A DNA stretch of 64,000 nt from Saccharolobus solfataricus P2 (GCF_000007005.1 NC_002754.1), one strand, 5' to 3'; counted from the stretch's first letter, positions 30,721-44,610 are shown. Notes: a model not told the origin generated them from the letters alone. Numbers and translations are program-made.

Positions 30721-30945
30721 GTGAGTCTGCTATTTATATTAAGAAAAAATAATAGCTTAAGCTTGTGGAATATTCTTCTTACTTTAGCAATAAACCTAAT
30801 ATTAATATTTGTGATATTCGCAAACATTATAACGACATCAGTTAACACTCCCGTTTTAATAGGAGTCTTATCATTTGTGGTATGGATGATAGTTGGTGCA
30901 ATTTATAAAATATTGACAATAAATGAGAAATTAAGTAAAACTTAA
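30721..30945 (+). CDS. Small membrane protein, 5' end possibly disrupted by the IS
   Basis: Hydrophobic ORF; frame stays open upstream to the IS boundary (VGITTTLGFLIALFAAN). Confidence 0.55.
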   Translation: MSLLFILRKNNSLSLWNILLTLAINLILIFVIFANIITTSVNTPVLIGVLSFVVWMIVGAIYKILTINEKLSKT

Positions 30946-30958
30946 GACTTTGTAACGT

Positions 30959-31759
30959 TTAAACTTTAGTTGATATTTCTACAAAGAATTGAAAGGCTTT
31001 TGGTGTCTGTGATTGTATGAATATTAGATAATTATCATTATTATTTATTCCTACGAAGTAGTAAACACTACCATACTGGCTAATGAAGCTCAAATTAAAG
31101 TACTTCATGCCATTTATGCTTGATACTGTGACATTCTGTCCAGTGCTTTTCAACAAATAAGTAAATAGTGAAGATATGTTTGAGGAATTTGCTATATCTA
31201 TTGAGATATATGAGTTATTATACATTATTGTTTCAAAATAAATGGTATAGTTTTTAGTTATAGCGTTACCAAACTCCAACAGCGAAACACTTTGATTAGC
31301 CGGAAATAATAGTGGATTGAGTGTAGGCATTAGACCATTTCCGCTCTTTAAAGTCTCTATTTCTAGGTTTACTATGTTACTCAAGTCGAATTTACTCGAG
31401 TTTCCGGTTATATTTGCGGAAACCAGATACTTTCCAAGCTTAATTCCTTTTAATGTAGTACTTGTGGAATTTAATTGGATTACATTGAGCGTGATAGTTT
31501 GATTTGCCCTTTGAATATACTCCTGGTATAATGCTGAGCCTCCGGGGTATTGCTGATTAACTGCGCTACTGTAATTCTCTTCAAATAAACCAGTTATGTT
31601 CCACCCATTTCCTAAAATTGAGGAAATCTGGGCTTGGGTTGGAAATACTACCTTTGTCACATTAATTTGCTGTTGTGAAGTATTATGAACTAGAATAACA
31701 ATACCGGATATTACTAATATAACGGCTACGACTATGATTAAAATTTGATACCACTTCAT
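30959..31759 (-). CDS. Membrane-anchored extracellular hypothetical protein
   Basis: N-terminal TM helix, Asn/Ser/Thr-rich with many NxS/T sequons. Confidence 0.75.
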   Translation of the reverse strand: MKWYQILIIVVAVILVISGIVILVHNTSQQQINVTKVVFPTQAQISSILGNGWNITGLFEENYSSAVNQQYPGGSALYQEYIQRANQTITLNVIQLNSTSTTLKGIKLGKYLVSANITGNSSKFDLSNIVNLEIETLKSGNGLMPTLNPLLFPANQSVSLLEFGNAITKNYTIYFETIMYNNSYISIDIANSSNISSLFTYLLKSTGQNVTVSSINGMKYFNLSFISQYGSVYYFVGINNNDNYLIFIQSQTPKAFQFFVEISTKV

Positions 31760-32050
31760 GCTAATTAATCTATGTTGAATATAATAAAGTTACTTTTATA
31801 AGAGATTTAGAAACCGTAGTTAGCAGTTCCTGTTATATCAAGAAATTAATAACAGTTGTAATAAGGTATATGACTTACAGCCAACAGAGGAGATATCTTG
31901 CATAATTGACGTAACATGGTAGGTCTTTAAACGTGGGAAATCCGTATTAGGTATCAGCACAGAGTGGCCTAACGAGGTCAATCAACCCCTTATATTAAAT
32001 GTTAAAGATCTGATAAAAAATTATGAAAGTTCACTGAAGTTCAGAATCCC

Positions 32051-32545
<495 letters not shown>

Positions 32546-32656
32546 TTAGAGCACTGGTTTAAATAGCTTACTGTAATGTTTAAGCATTATAACAAAAGCA
32601 TATATCTTTGAAATATTTTATTAATAATAAAGATGGAAATGAACACTTTTTATCAT

Positions 32657-32959
32657 CTATGTAAATCTGCACGTCTTGCAATATGGAAATACGCGGTTTA
32701 ATACTTTAACTAAACATTCTTCTTTAGTAATATTGTTACACTCAAACAGTTTATAGTTCATCTTAACTGCTTCAATAATTTTGCTTCGGTCGGTCTGTTT
32801 AACTATAAGGATGTCAATTTTCTTGGGAATAGTGTTCCTCTTAACTATTAACCCATCATCACTTATCAAATAGAAAGCATTCTCTTCATCTTCGAATTTT
32901 ACAGCTACCTCTCTGTTCATTATGAATAATATGTAGAAATAGCTTAATAAAGATAGCAC
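32657..32959 (-). CDS. Hypothetical protein (start probably the internal MNREV)
   Basis: ORF with ordinary composition; C-terminal CxxC. Confidence 0.6.
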   Translation of the reverse strand: MLSLLSYFYILFIMNREVAVKFEDEENAFYLISDDGLIVKRNTIPKKIDILIVKQTDRSKIIEAVKMNYKLFECNNITKEECLVKVLNRVFPYCKTCRFT

Positions 32960-33302
32960 AGAAAAACTACGTTAATTTTTTTTTAGTTCATTAAATTCAT
33001 GTCACTTTTAAAATTATAGATTATTTTAAAAACTACGTTATTGCTTTCACAGAAACTATAATTATCCATGTTATTTAGGTGTATAACTCACGTAGGTAAT
33101 TTAGATTTTTCTCACCCACTTAGATCGTATGTTGAAAAGTTTATTTATGAAGAGTGTGTGTATAAATTCTTAAATTATTATCAGATTTATATAATATAAT
33201 AAATTCCCTCACTAGTCTTTTTAAACATTAGGAACTAAGTTCATATTTTTAGTAGGGATACTCTTATTTACCATTATATCTATAATTATATACTGATAAC
33301 TC

Positions 33303-36105
<2,803 letters not shown>

Positions 36106-36273
36106 GATATAATATCACTTTTTTCTTTTTTATCTCTTTCACAATTTTTATCTTGGTTTAATAAACCCTTTCAACAAAGGGACTAGTTTATACTTTCTAC
36201 TTAAGGACTTTAAATTACATCCTTTTTTGTGAAATCTTAAAAACTATCAAGAACATTCATTATAGAGGTAGAA

Positions 36274-38106
36274 TTGCCGGAACTCAAAGTTGTTGTTTCA
36301 ATAAAGCAAGTTCCAGATGTGGATGAATTAAGGATTGACCCGGTAACTAATAATTTGGTAAGGGAAGGAGTACCAGCTGTTATTAATCCTCCAGATTTAC
36401 ATGCAATAGAAGAAGCTGTTAGATTAAAGGAGAGATATGGAGCTAAAACTATAGTTATAACAATGGGTCCACCACAAGCTGATTCAGCACTTAGGGAGGC
36501 CCTAGCTATGGGAATTGATGAAGCTTATCTCATAAGTGATAGGGCTATGGCTGGAGCAGATACTTGGGCAACTTCCTATACGATATCTAAGGCGGTTCAA
36601 AAATTGGGTGGGGCGGATCTAATACTCTTTGGAAGAAGAGCTGTTGATGGAGAGACTGAGCAAGTCGGACCTCAAACTGGAAAATGGCTTGGACTTCCAG
36701 TTATAGGCTATGTCAGTGAGATAAAGAGCTTAGAGAAGGATAAAATAGTGGTAACTAGAACTACTGAATTTGATGAAGAGGTTATTGAGGCTCCCGTTCC
36801 CGTAGTATTAACTATATTGGAAGTTGCGAATAAGCCGAGACAACCTGATATACTAAGCCTAATTAAAGCTAAAACGGCTAAAGTTACGGTTTGGAATAAG
36901 GATGACATTAAGGCTGAGCCAAACAAAATTGGCTTAGCTGGATCACCTACTAAGGTAATAAAAGTTCAACCTCCACCTAAAACTAGAAAGGCTGAAATAA
37001 TAGATGGTAAAAAGGATGTTGAAAAGGCCGCAAAATGGTTCTTAGATAAGATTTTTGAGTCGTTAAAGGAAGATGAGAGTACGTTAAAGGAGTACGTGAA
37101 GCCTAAACCAAAGGTTAAAGTAAATGGTGAAATCTGGGTATATATAGATCATATAGGAGAAAAACCAAACAGAGCGTCTTTTGAGATTATGGGAGAAGCG
37201 AGAAGGATTGCCGACCTAATGGATACAAGTCTTTCTGCAGTAATGGTTGGGGGAGAGGCTACGAAATCCTTAATAGAAGAGACTTTTGAATATGGGGCAG
37301 ATAAAGTATATTTTGTGGAAACTAAGGGATTCGATAGATACGATAACGAAGTGTACACTAGAGCATTAGCCAAGGTAATAAAGAAATATAAGCCAGAAGC
37401 AGTCTTCTTCCCAGGGACTAAAAATGCCAGAGAACTTGCATCAACGACTGCAATTGAAGTAGATACTGGATTAATAGCTGATTGTACTAACTTTGACGTG
37501 GACGATAAAGGAGTTTTACTTTCAACAAGACCTGACTTTGGAGGTAAAGAAATGTCCACCATAATATGTCCTAGACATAGACCAGTAATGGTTACAGTTA
37601 GAGCTGGTGTATTCATGCCGTTACCCAGAGTCCCTGGGAGAAAGGGTGAATTAGCAAGAGAGGAAATTGATGACCTATTCACTAGACTTAAAGTATTAGA
37701 CTATAGAGTTATAGAAAAGAGAAATATCTTAGCGGAGGCAGATATAGTGATAGGTGTAGGTAGGGGTATTAGAAGCCCAGAAAATATAAAGATGGCTGAG
37801 GAATTAGCCTCATTATTAGGCGGAGTAGTTGGCGTTTCTAAACCATTGGCAGATATGGGTTGGTATCCTAAGGATAGACAAGTCGGTCAAACTGGTACAA
37901 CAATAAGGCCTAAGGTTTACATAGCATTAGGGATTTCTGGTGCAGTACAACACTTAGTTGGTATACTATCTTCCAGAAAGATAGGGGCCATAAACTTGGA
38001 TCCAAGTGCACCAATCTTTGAGAATTGCGATTTCGGAGTAGTCGGTGATATCTTCGAGATATTACCTAAAATGATGGAATTGCTTAAGAAAAAGGAGGTA
38101 AGCTAG
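36274..38106 (+). CDS. Fused electron transfer flavoprotein beta+alpha (FixAB-like)
   Basis: N-half KQVPD, NPPDLHA, GADTWATS, DGETEQVGP; C-half STRPDFGG, QVGQTG, GISGAVQH. Confidence 0.93.
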   Translation: MPELKVVVSIKQVPDVDELRIDPVTNNLVREGVPAVINPPDLHAIEEAVRLKERYGAKTIVITMGPPQADSALREALAMGIDEAYLISDRAMAGADTWATSYTISKAVQKLGGADLILFGRRAVDGETEQVGPQTGKWLGLPVIGYVSEIKSLEKDKIVVTRTTEFDEEVIEAPVPVVLTILEVANKPRQPDILSLIKAKTAKVTVWNKDDIKAEPNKIGLAGSPTKVIKVQPPPKTRKAEIIDGKKDVEKAAKWFLDKIFESLKEDESTLKEYVKPKPKVKVNGEIWVYIDHIGEKPNRASFEIMGEARRIADLMDTSLSAVMVGGEATKSLIEETFEYGADKVYFVETKGFDRYDNEVYTRALAKVIKKYKPEAVFFPGTKNARELASTTAIEVDTGLIADCTNFDVDDKGVLLSTRPDFGGKEMSTIICPRHRPVMVTVRAGVFMPLPRVPGRKGELAREEIDDLFTRLKVLDYRVIEKRNILAEADIVIGVGRGIRSPENIKMAEELASLLGGVVGVSKPLADMGWYPKDRQVGQTGTTIRPKVYIALGISGAVQHLVGILSSRKIGAINLDPSAPIFENCDFGVVGDIFEILPKMMELLKKKEVS

Positions 38107-38108
38107 GA

Positions 38109-39296
38109 ATGAAATTCGATATTGTTGTAGTTGGAGCTGGACCCGCTGGTTCATCTGCAGCTATAACTGCAGCTAGAGGGGGAGCTAAAGTCCTATTATT
38201 AGAAAGGGGTCCAGAGCCAGGTTCCAAGAACGTTTCTGGAGCAATGATAAGGTTAGAGGATTTCTCTTCAGTTTATGACATAGCTTCTATTCCAATAGAG
38301 AGAAAAGTAAAGAATGTTGATTTGATCTTACTAAGTGACTCAAATAGAACAAGAATAAGTGTAAATGTTGAATCAAATTTAGCAACTGTCGCAAGGTTGA
38401 AACTAGATAAATGGATGGCTCAACAAGCGGAAAAAGCTGGAGCACTACTGATAACAAAAACAACTGTATTAGGAGTTGAAAGGGAAGGAAACGAATATAA
38501 AATATCAACTGATAGGGGTGAAATAACTGCTGATAGAGTAGTATTAGCTGAGGGTGTGAATGCCTTAGTTTCAATGAAGGCTAATATAAGGCCAGATTTA
38601 ACTCCGGATCATGCAGCGCAAACAGTTAAAGAGGTTTATAGTTTAAATAAGGATGAGATCAATAAGAGATTTGGATTTAAGGCTGACGACGAAGGCATAA
38701 GTTGGAGAATATTAGGGACAGACCCAGTTCCCTATGCTGGTTTCCTTTACGTATATAAGGATGCCGTGGCAATAGGTGCCGGAATTCCCATGAAGATACT
38801 TATAAAGAGAAAAATAACTCCTTATACTGTATTAGACGAGGTCAAGGAGAGACTGAACTTTAACGAGTTAGTTAAGGGAGCGTCACTAAGAGAATATTCG
38901 GCAAAGGTTATACCAGAATATGGTTTTCCTTCATGGAAAGCTTGTTCAGGTAAGGTTTATTTAGCTGGAGATGCAATAGGTCTTGTGGATCCATTGACAT
39001 TTAATGGGATTGGTCCTGCAGTGGCTTCCGGAGTGGTTGCAGGAAAGGCTGCTTTAGAATCTTATGAATGTAACAAATATGAATACGAATTAATGAAAAA
39101 TAAGGAAGTTAGAAGAGTTGTGAATGCCAGACCACTAGTAAAGGAGTTAATAGAAGAAGAAAACTTCAAATATTATGTGAAAACTATTAATGATCTCCTA
39201 CACGGTTGGGTTTACAGTGACTTTTCTAAAGTTAAGTTAGACACGTCTAAACTACTTAAACACTTATTATTAGGTATGGGGGTGTTAAAGTCATGA
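38109..39296 (+). CDS. fixC: FixC/EtfC-like FAD-dependent quinone oxidoreductase
   Basis: VGAGPAG, ERG..PGSKNVSG, AGDAIG motifs; follows ETF. Confidence 0.88.
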   Translation: MKFDIVVVGAGPAGSSAAITAARGGAKVLLLERGPEPGSKNVSGAMIRLEDFSSVYDIASIPIERKVKNVDLILLSDSNRTRISVNVESNLATVARLKLDKWMAQQAEKAGALLITKTTVLGVEREGNEYKISTDRGEITADRVVLAEGVNALVSMKANIRPDLTPDHAAQTVKEVYSLNKDEINKRFGFKADDEGISWRILGTDPVPYAGFLYVYKDAVAIGAGIPMKILIKRKITPYTVLDEVKERLNFNELVKGASLREYSAKVIPEYGFPSWKACSGKVYLAGDAIGLVDPLTFNGIGPAVASGVVAGKAALESYECNKYEYELMKNKEVRRVVNARPLVKELIEEENFKYYVKTINDLLHGWVYSDFSKVKLDTSKLLKHLLLGMGVLKS

Positions 39297-39580
39297 GAAT
39301 AGAGGAAAAACTTTACACTCTAAGATATAAGAAGGACGAACAACCCCATCTAGCCATTATTGATCCAAACAAATGTCTCAGATGTGAACAAGTTAATGGG
39401 GTTCCACAACCATGCATTGCAGTCTGCCCTGCAAATGTTTATTCATGGATCGATCAAAGAATTGTGATATCTTATGAGAATTGTGTTGAGTGTGGCGCTT
39501 GTAGAATTGCTTGTCCCTATTCTAACATCTTATGGAAGTATCCAAGATATGGGTTAGGCATAGCATTAAGGTATGGTTAA
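39293..39580 (+). CDS. fixX: FixX/EtfX-like ferredoxin
   Basis: CLRC...CIAVCPA and YENCVECGACRIAC, YPRYGLGI. Confidence 0.9.
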   Translation: MRIEEKLYTLRYKKDEQPHLAIIDPNKCLRCEQVNGVPQPCIAVCPANVYSWIDQRIVISYENCVECGACRIACPYSNILWKYPRYGLGIALRYG

Positions 39581-40515
39581 AATTCGGGATACAATCGCCT
39601 TATTCCTCTAACTTCCAATAAGTACACTTTTTTGTCCTCTATTGCCCACTCAATGTTTATATTTCTCTTGAAAATACTTTCTATGGCTATAGCCATGTTT
39701 GCAATTCTTATAGCATCATTATCACTTAAGCTCTCAGCCAATGCTTCTTCCTTACTTAGTTCAATGCTCTTTATCTTTTTCTCGGCGAAATCATAAGTTA
39801 ATTTCATGACTTTTTCAGAAATTCTTTTACTTACTAATGATCTTGTAGCCTTACTTACTACGTATTGATCTGGAGTAACCATACCTTTAGTTACGCTTTC
39901 TCCAAGACCAAAAGATGACTCTATGACTACGTAATCTGGTTCTTCGGTTATGGGGTGTATTGAGAATGCTGTACCTGCACTAACTGGGTTTATCATTGTT
40001 TGGACAAGAATTGCCATCCCTGCTTCATTATGAGTTAAGATCCTATAAGCTATCGCTCTGGGATTAAAATACGACGCGATAACTCTCTTAATACTTGGAA
40101 TGAGATTTTCCTGAGTAACAAATAAGTCTGTTTCGTATTCACCAGCAAAACTAGCACCACTTAAGGGGGATGTAGCTGTTGCCCTTACAGCAACGTATTT
40201 TGAACCTAATTGAGAGAACCTTTCATATATTTCTTTTTCCATTTCGTTTGGTAATTTCGATGCTATAATCATGCTTTTTATCATTTCGCTTCTCTTTTCC
40301 AGATCCGTCGTATCGTTTAAATTTACGGAGGATAGTATTCCTCTTATTTCGTCATCAAGATCTTTAATCGCTTCATTTACTCCTCTTGATGATATTATGA
40401 ACCCTTTAGGGATGTTAAATCCCATCTTATATAATTCGCCTAGATAAGCGCTTTTTCTACCCACAATCGAGACCATTGACAAACTAACTTCGTCTAGTAA
40501 GTATGTATAGTTCAT
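39577..40515 (-). CDS. Stand-alone PEP synthase/PPDK N-terminal (ATP-grasp) domain protein
   Basis: GFNIPKGF, SFAGEYET, VQTMI, ESSFGLGESV, IEWAIED; no His-phosphocarrier or C-terminal domain. Confidence 0.85.
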   Translation of the reverse strand: MNYTYLLDEVSLSMVSIVGRKSAYLGELYKMGFNIPKGFIISSRGVNEAIKDLDDEIRGILSSVNLNDTTDLEKRSEMIKSMIIASKLPNEMEKEIYERFSQLGSKYVAVRATATSPLSGASFAGEYETDLFVTQENLIPSIKRVIASYFNPRAIAYRILTHNEAGMAILVQTMINPVSAGTAFSIHPITEEPDYVVIESSFGLGESVTKGMVTPDQYVVSKATRSLVSKRISEKVMKLTYDFAEKKIKSIELSKEEALAESLSDNDAIRIANMAIAIESIFKRNINIEWAIEDKKVYLLEVRGIRRLYPEF

Positions 40516-40576
40516 AAATTACATTTTGTTAAATAGGCTTAAAATACTACCTATTATTTATGTTGTAAAAGTTAAT

Positions 40577-41350
40577 CTAATATATCCTTTCACTATGAGT
40601 GTAAATGTTTAAACTTTTTCCTCGGAGAAAACCTATAAGAGTTAATCCAGCTTCTTCGGCAATTTCAATAGCTAGACTAGTGGGGGCTGAAATTCCACAG
40701 ATTATCGGTATTCCCGCTTTTATCCCTTTGCTAACGATCTCATATCCTAATCTACCGCTAACTTGCATAATATAATTACTTGCTGGGATCTTATCCTCCA
40801 GCAATAATCTACCAACTACCTTATCAACAGCGTTATGTCTCCCCACGTCCTCATATATAAATAATAATTCTCCTTGAGGGTTAAATAATGCAGTTGCATG
40901 AAGACCTCCGCTAATGTTGAAGACACTTTGTTTTTCCCTTAATTTTTCTGGAAATGAAAAAATGACCTCTCTTTTGACTTTTAAATCAGATTTAAGTATA
41001 TTTAATGTGTAGAGGAAAGCCCTACCGCAAACTCCACAGCTTGAATTTACAATTAACTCTCTTATTCTTATTCCAATAGGTTTATTTAATTTAACCTCTA
41101 TAACGTTATTCTCTACTTGCTTAATATCCTCAACGTCATGAATAGAGTTTATAACACCTTCTGAGTATAAAAAACCTAGCGAAAGTTCTTTATCATCTCC
41201 CGGTGTTCTCATTATTATCGCGAAGTCTTCACACTTCTCAAAACAAGTCCTTATATTTAATGGTTCTTCTACTGCAACAAAATCACTATCCTTATATGCC
41301 TCACTATCCTTAACCCTTACTAAGTCAAACCTCTTTACTCGCACTCCCAA
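40577..41350 (-). CDS. fdhD: Formate dehydrogenase sulfurtransferase FdhD
   Basis: VAVEEPL, MRTPG, SSCGVCG, GGLHA, EDVGRHNAVDK. Confidence 0.95.
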   Translation of the reverse strand: MGVRVKRFDLVRVKDSEAYKDSDFVAVEEPLNIRTCFEKCEDFAIIMRTPGDDKELSLGFLYSEGVINSIHDVEDIKQVENNVIEVKLNKPIGIRIRELIVNSSCGVCGRAFLYTLNILKSDLKVKREVIFSFPEKLREKQSVFNISGGLHATALFNPQGELLFIYEDVGRHNAVDKVVGRLLLEDKIPASNYIMQVSGRLGYEIVSKGIKAGIPIICGISAPTSLAIEIAEEAGLTLIGFLRGKSLNIYTHSERIY

Positions 41351-41681
41351 TCGCCTTAAGTATCTTTAGTAACAAATATAATCCTCTCTTCACATCTGGG
41401 TCGTTAAGCTGTTTAGTTAATTCAGTTAAACTGATATCCTTAGCTTCTTCTTTACCACTTAGTATACTATATATTATATTAATATTCCTTATCAAAACTG
41501 CGTTTTGTTCAGCTAGAAAGGCTAAATTTTGATCGAAAGTATTCATCATTCCTACTAACAAAGGCAAGATCCCAGTCTTTTGTAGAGTGTTGATTAGTTT
41601 CAAAAAGTTCTCTAGAGCCTCTCTACTCTCAATTAGCTGTTCAATTAACCCGTCAATGGCTTGAACTCCTCCCTCTTCCAT
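41325..41681 (-). CDS. DUF1641 family protein (ForE-like partner)
   Basis: ISLTELTKQLNDPDVKRGLYLLLKILKAIG C-terminal signature; adjacent to FDH alpha. Confidence 0.85.
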   Translation of the reverse strand: MEEGGVQAIDGLIEQLIESREALENFLKLINTLQKTGILPLLVGMMNTFDQNLAFLAEQNAVLIRNINIIYSILSGKEEAKDISLTELTKQLNDPDVKRGLYLLLKILKAIGSASKEV

Positions 41682-44584
41682 TTTTTCTCCACCTCTATAC
41701 CTATTTGTCTCCTCCTTTCATTGACATGAAATCTCCAGTTATCTAAAGGTAAAGGACTCTCACCTTTACCCTCCTCTATTTTCTCAATAACAACTGGAGT
41801 ATCCTTATACCCTGGGGTACCACTAGCCTTATCTATTACTAACCCTGTTAAGTTATTTACACCCTTGGAAGGATCTGATGCATATAGTGGTATAAAGATC
41901 TCTTCACCTTCTACTCTATCACTAACTATAGCCCTTGCTTTAATCTCTCCACCAAATTTAGACTTAACAAGCACAAGATCACCGTTTTTGATTGAGTATT
42001 TAGAGGCTAACTCTTTAGAAACCTCTACAAATGTTTCTGGAACCTTTCTCCTTAACCCCTCAACTCTCCTAGTCATATTACCTACATGGAAATGCTCTAA
42101 GACCCTTCCAGTATTTACAGTTACTTTGTGAACTTCATCCTTAAGTTCTGGTGGTTTCCAGCTTAATGGGTAAAGTATTGCCTTGCCATCTTTAGTAGCA
42201 AATGCGTTTGTATAGAGCAATGGCGTATCACTCCCATCTTCATTAACTGGCCACAGTAGGCTATTAAATCCTTCTAATCTCGAATAATTGACGCCAGCAA
42301 ATATTGGGCCTAGTTTAGCAATCTCGTTCATTATTTCTGCCGGATGATTATAACTCCAATTCGCTCCTAGTGCGTTTGCAACCATTTGTATTATTTCCCA
42401 GTCAGGTTTAGAATCACCAATTGGTTCCATAGCCTTGTAGAACCTTTGTATCCTCCTTTCAGTATTCACAAAAGTACCATCTTTCTCTAGGCTAGCAGCA
42501 GCTGGTAATATTACGTCAGCTAACTTCGCAGTCTCAGTTATAAACATGTCTTGTACCACTAGGAAGTCGACTTTCTCTAATGCTTGTCTAGTTAAAGGAG
42601 TCCCACAATCAACCATCACAGTATCTTCACCGACTATATATAATGCGTGGATTTTCCCTTCCAATACACCTTCTATCATTTGGGGTATCTGTAGTCCAGG
42701 ATTTCTATTTAATTTCACACCCCAAGCTTCTTCGAATTTCGCTATTACATTTTCATCCTCTAGTTTTTGATACCCTGGTAAATAATTGGGTAAGCAACCG
42801 AAATCGCTAACTCCTTGGACGTTATTATGACCTCTCATTGGGAAAGCTCCACTACCGGGTTTCCCATAATTCCCAGTTATAAGCAATAGGTCTGAAATTA
42901 TCGTTGAAGTATCAGCTCCACCCAAATGTTGAGTTACTCCCATTCCCCATAATACCGCCACACTATTAGCATTATGGATCATTTCAGCAAGTTTAATTAT
43001 TTGATCTCTAGGGACACCAGTTATATCTTCAACGTAATCTAATGTAAATCCCTTTATAGATTCCTTAAACTCTTCAAAACCATTAACCCTCTTATCAATG
43101 AACTCTTTATCAATCCACCCCTGGTCAATAAGGTATTTAGCAACACCAGCTAAAACTGCTGCATCAGTTCCAGGCTTAGGTTTGATAAACAGGTCAGCCT
43201 TTTCAGCAATCTCATGTTTTCTAACGTCAATTACCACGATCTTTGAACCGTTTATCTTTTTAGCTCTCTTTACCTTGCTTCCTATTACTGGATGACTCTC
43301 AGTTGTGTTGTGACCAACAATTACAATCAAATTAGCGTTTTCGATATCCCTAATTGTTCCTGAATCTGCACCTATACCGACAGTTCTCCATAACCCAACA
43401 GTTGCTGGAGATTGGCAATACCTTGCTGAATTATCTACATTATTAGTACCTATTATAGCTCTTGCTAGTTTCTGTAGTAAGTACGCCTCTTCATTGCTCA
43501 TCTTATCTGAGGCTATGAAACCTATGGAATCTGGACCATATCTCTCCTTGATCTCCTTCAATCTTTTAGCTATGTACGAGATTGCCTCATCCCAACTAGC
43601 TTCCCTAAACTTATCACCCTCCCTTATTAAGGGCTTAGTAATTCTTTCCGAGCTATTTACAAAATCCCAGCCGAATTTACCCTTTACGCAAGTTAGAATA
43701 CCATTGGCTGGTGACTCAGGTTTTGGCTCAATTTTTAATATTTTCCTACCCTTAGTCCAAATCTCAAATGAACAACCAACACCACAGTATATACAGACTG
43801 TTTTAGTTTTCTTTATTTGTGATTCCCTAGCCTTAGCCTCTATCTCGCTAAAGGTCATTAATAAGCTAAAGTTATCCTCAGCTTTCCCTATAGCCTCTAT
43901 TGCTTTTTTCTTTAAATCCTTATTAATCCAAGTGAGATAGCCAGCCTCTCCCAACATTGATTTTTCCATTAATGCGTTGACTGGACAAACAGTAACGCAC
44001 GTACCACAATTTACGCATGAGGAGTTGCCTATGGGATTTCCGTTATCCCAAACTACTCTTGGAGGATTGAGATCCCAATTAATCCATATTACCTCATTTA
44101 CTGCAAAATCTTGGCAAGCCTCAACACATCTACCGCATAGGATACATTGTGATGGATCATATATGTAAAAGGGACCACTTTCATCCGTTTGATAAGGCTT
44201 TTCTACGTACTTTTGAGAATTAATATTCAATTTTATTACAGCCTCGTGAAGTACGCAATCCCCATTATTATTCTCACAAATACTACAGTACAATTTGTGA
44301 TATCTTAGTATTCTGGAGATTGCGGTCTTTCTTGCTTCCATAGCTCTTTTAGAGTTAACTGAGATACTCATTCCATCTTCGACTCTTGTTGAACAAGCTC
44401 TAACTAGTTTCCCATTAACCTCAACTAGGCATGAATCACAGCTCTCTATGGGAACTAATCCTTCATTGTAACATATGTGTGGAATGTAAATACCATTCCT
44501 CTTTAGTGTTGATAGAATTGTCTCTCCTTCATTAGCTAATACCTCTTTATTATCGATAACTAGTTTTATTGACACAAGACTCAT
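41645..44584 (-). CDS. Formate dehydrogenase alpha-like molybdoenzyme (ForC/YjgC type)
   Basis: N-terminal 2Fe-2S and 4Fe-4S modules, CIYCGVGC, SARYCQ (Cys codon TGC, His replaced by Gln), RGHNNVQG. Confidence 0.92.
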   Translation of the reverse strand: MSLVSIKLVIDNKEVLANEGETILSTLKRNGIYIPHICYNEGLVPIESCDSCLVEVNGKLVRACSTRVEDGMSISVNSKRAMEARKTAISRILRYHKLYCSICENNNGDCVLHEAVIKLNINSQKYVEKPYQTDESGPFYIYDPSQCILCGRCVEACQDFAVNEVIWINWDLNPPRVVWDNGNPIGNSSCVNCGTCVTVCPVNALMEKSMLGEAGYLTWINKDLKKKAIEAIGKAEDNFSLLMTFSEIEAKARESQIKKTKTVCIYCGVGCSFEIWTKGRKILKIEPKPESPANGILTCVKGKFGWDFVNSSERITKPLIREGDKFREASWDEAISYIAKRLKEIKERYGPDSIGFIASDKMSNEEAYLLQKLARAIIGTNNVDNSARYCQSPATVGLWRTVGIGADSGTIRDIENANLIVIVGHNTTESHPVIGSKVKRAKKINGSKIVVIDVRKHEIAEKADLFIKPKPGTDAAVLAGVAKYLIDQGWIDKEFIDKRVNGFEEFKESIKGFTLDYVEDITGVPRDQIIKLAEMIHNANSVAVLWGMGVTQHLGGADTSTIISDLLLITGNYGKPGSGAFPMRGHNNVQGVSDFGCLPNYLPGYQKLEDENVIAKFEEAWGVKLNRNPGLQIPQMIEGVLEGKIHALYIVGEDTVMVDCGTPLTRQALEKVDFLVVQDMFITETAKLADVILPAAASLEKDGTFVNTERRIQRFYKAMEPIGDSKPDWEIIQMVANALGANWSYNHPAEIMNEIAKLGPIFAGVNYSRLEGFNSLLWPVNEDGSDTPLLYTNAFATKDGKAILYPLSWKPPELKDEVHKVTVNTGRVLEHFHVGNMTRRVEGLRRKVPETFVEVSKELASKYSIKNGDLVLVKSKFGGEIKARAIVSDRVEGEEIFIPLYASDPSKGVNNLTGLVIDKASGTPGYKDTPVVIEKIEEGKGESPLPLDNWRFHVNERRRQIGIEVEKKWKREEFKPLTG

Positions 44585-44610
44585 CTCTTGTTGGAATCTT
44601 AAAAAGTTTG

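Noticed and set aside
31800-32050. Coding-like stretch between the extracellular protein gene and pat
   Set aside because: Stops in all frames and no recognisable family; cannot call a pseudogene.
43380-43440. Possible selenocysteine in the formate dehydrogenase active site
   Set aside because: Codon is TGC (Cys); no in-frame TGA.
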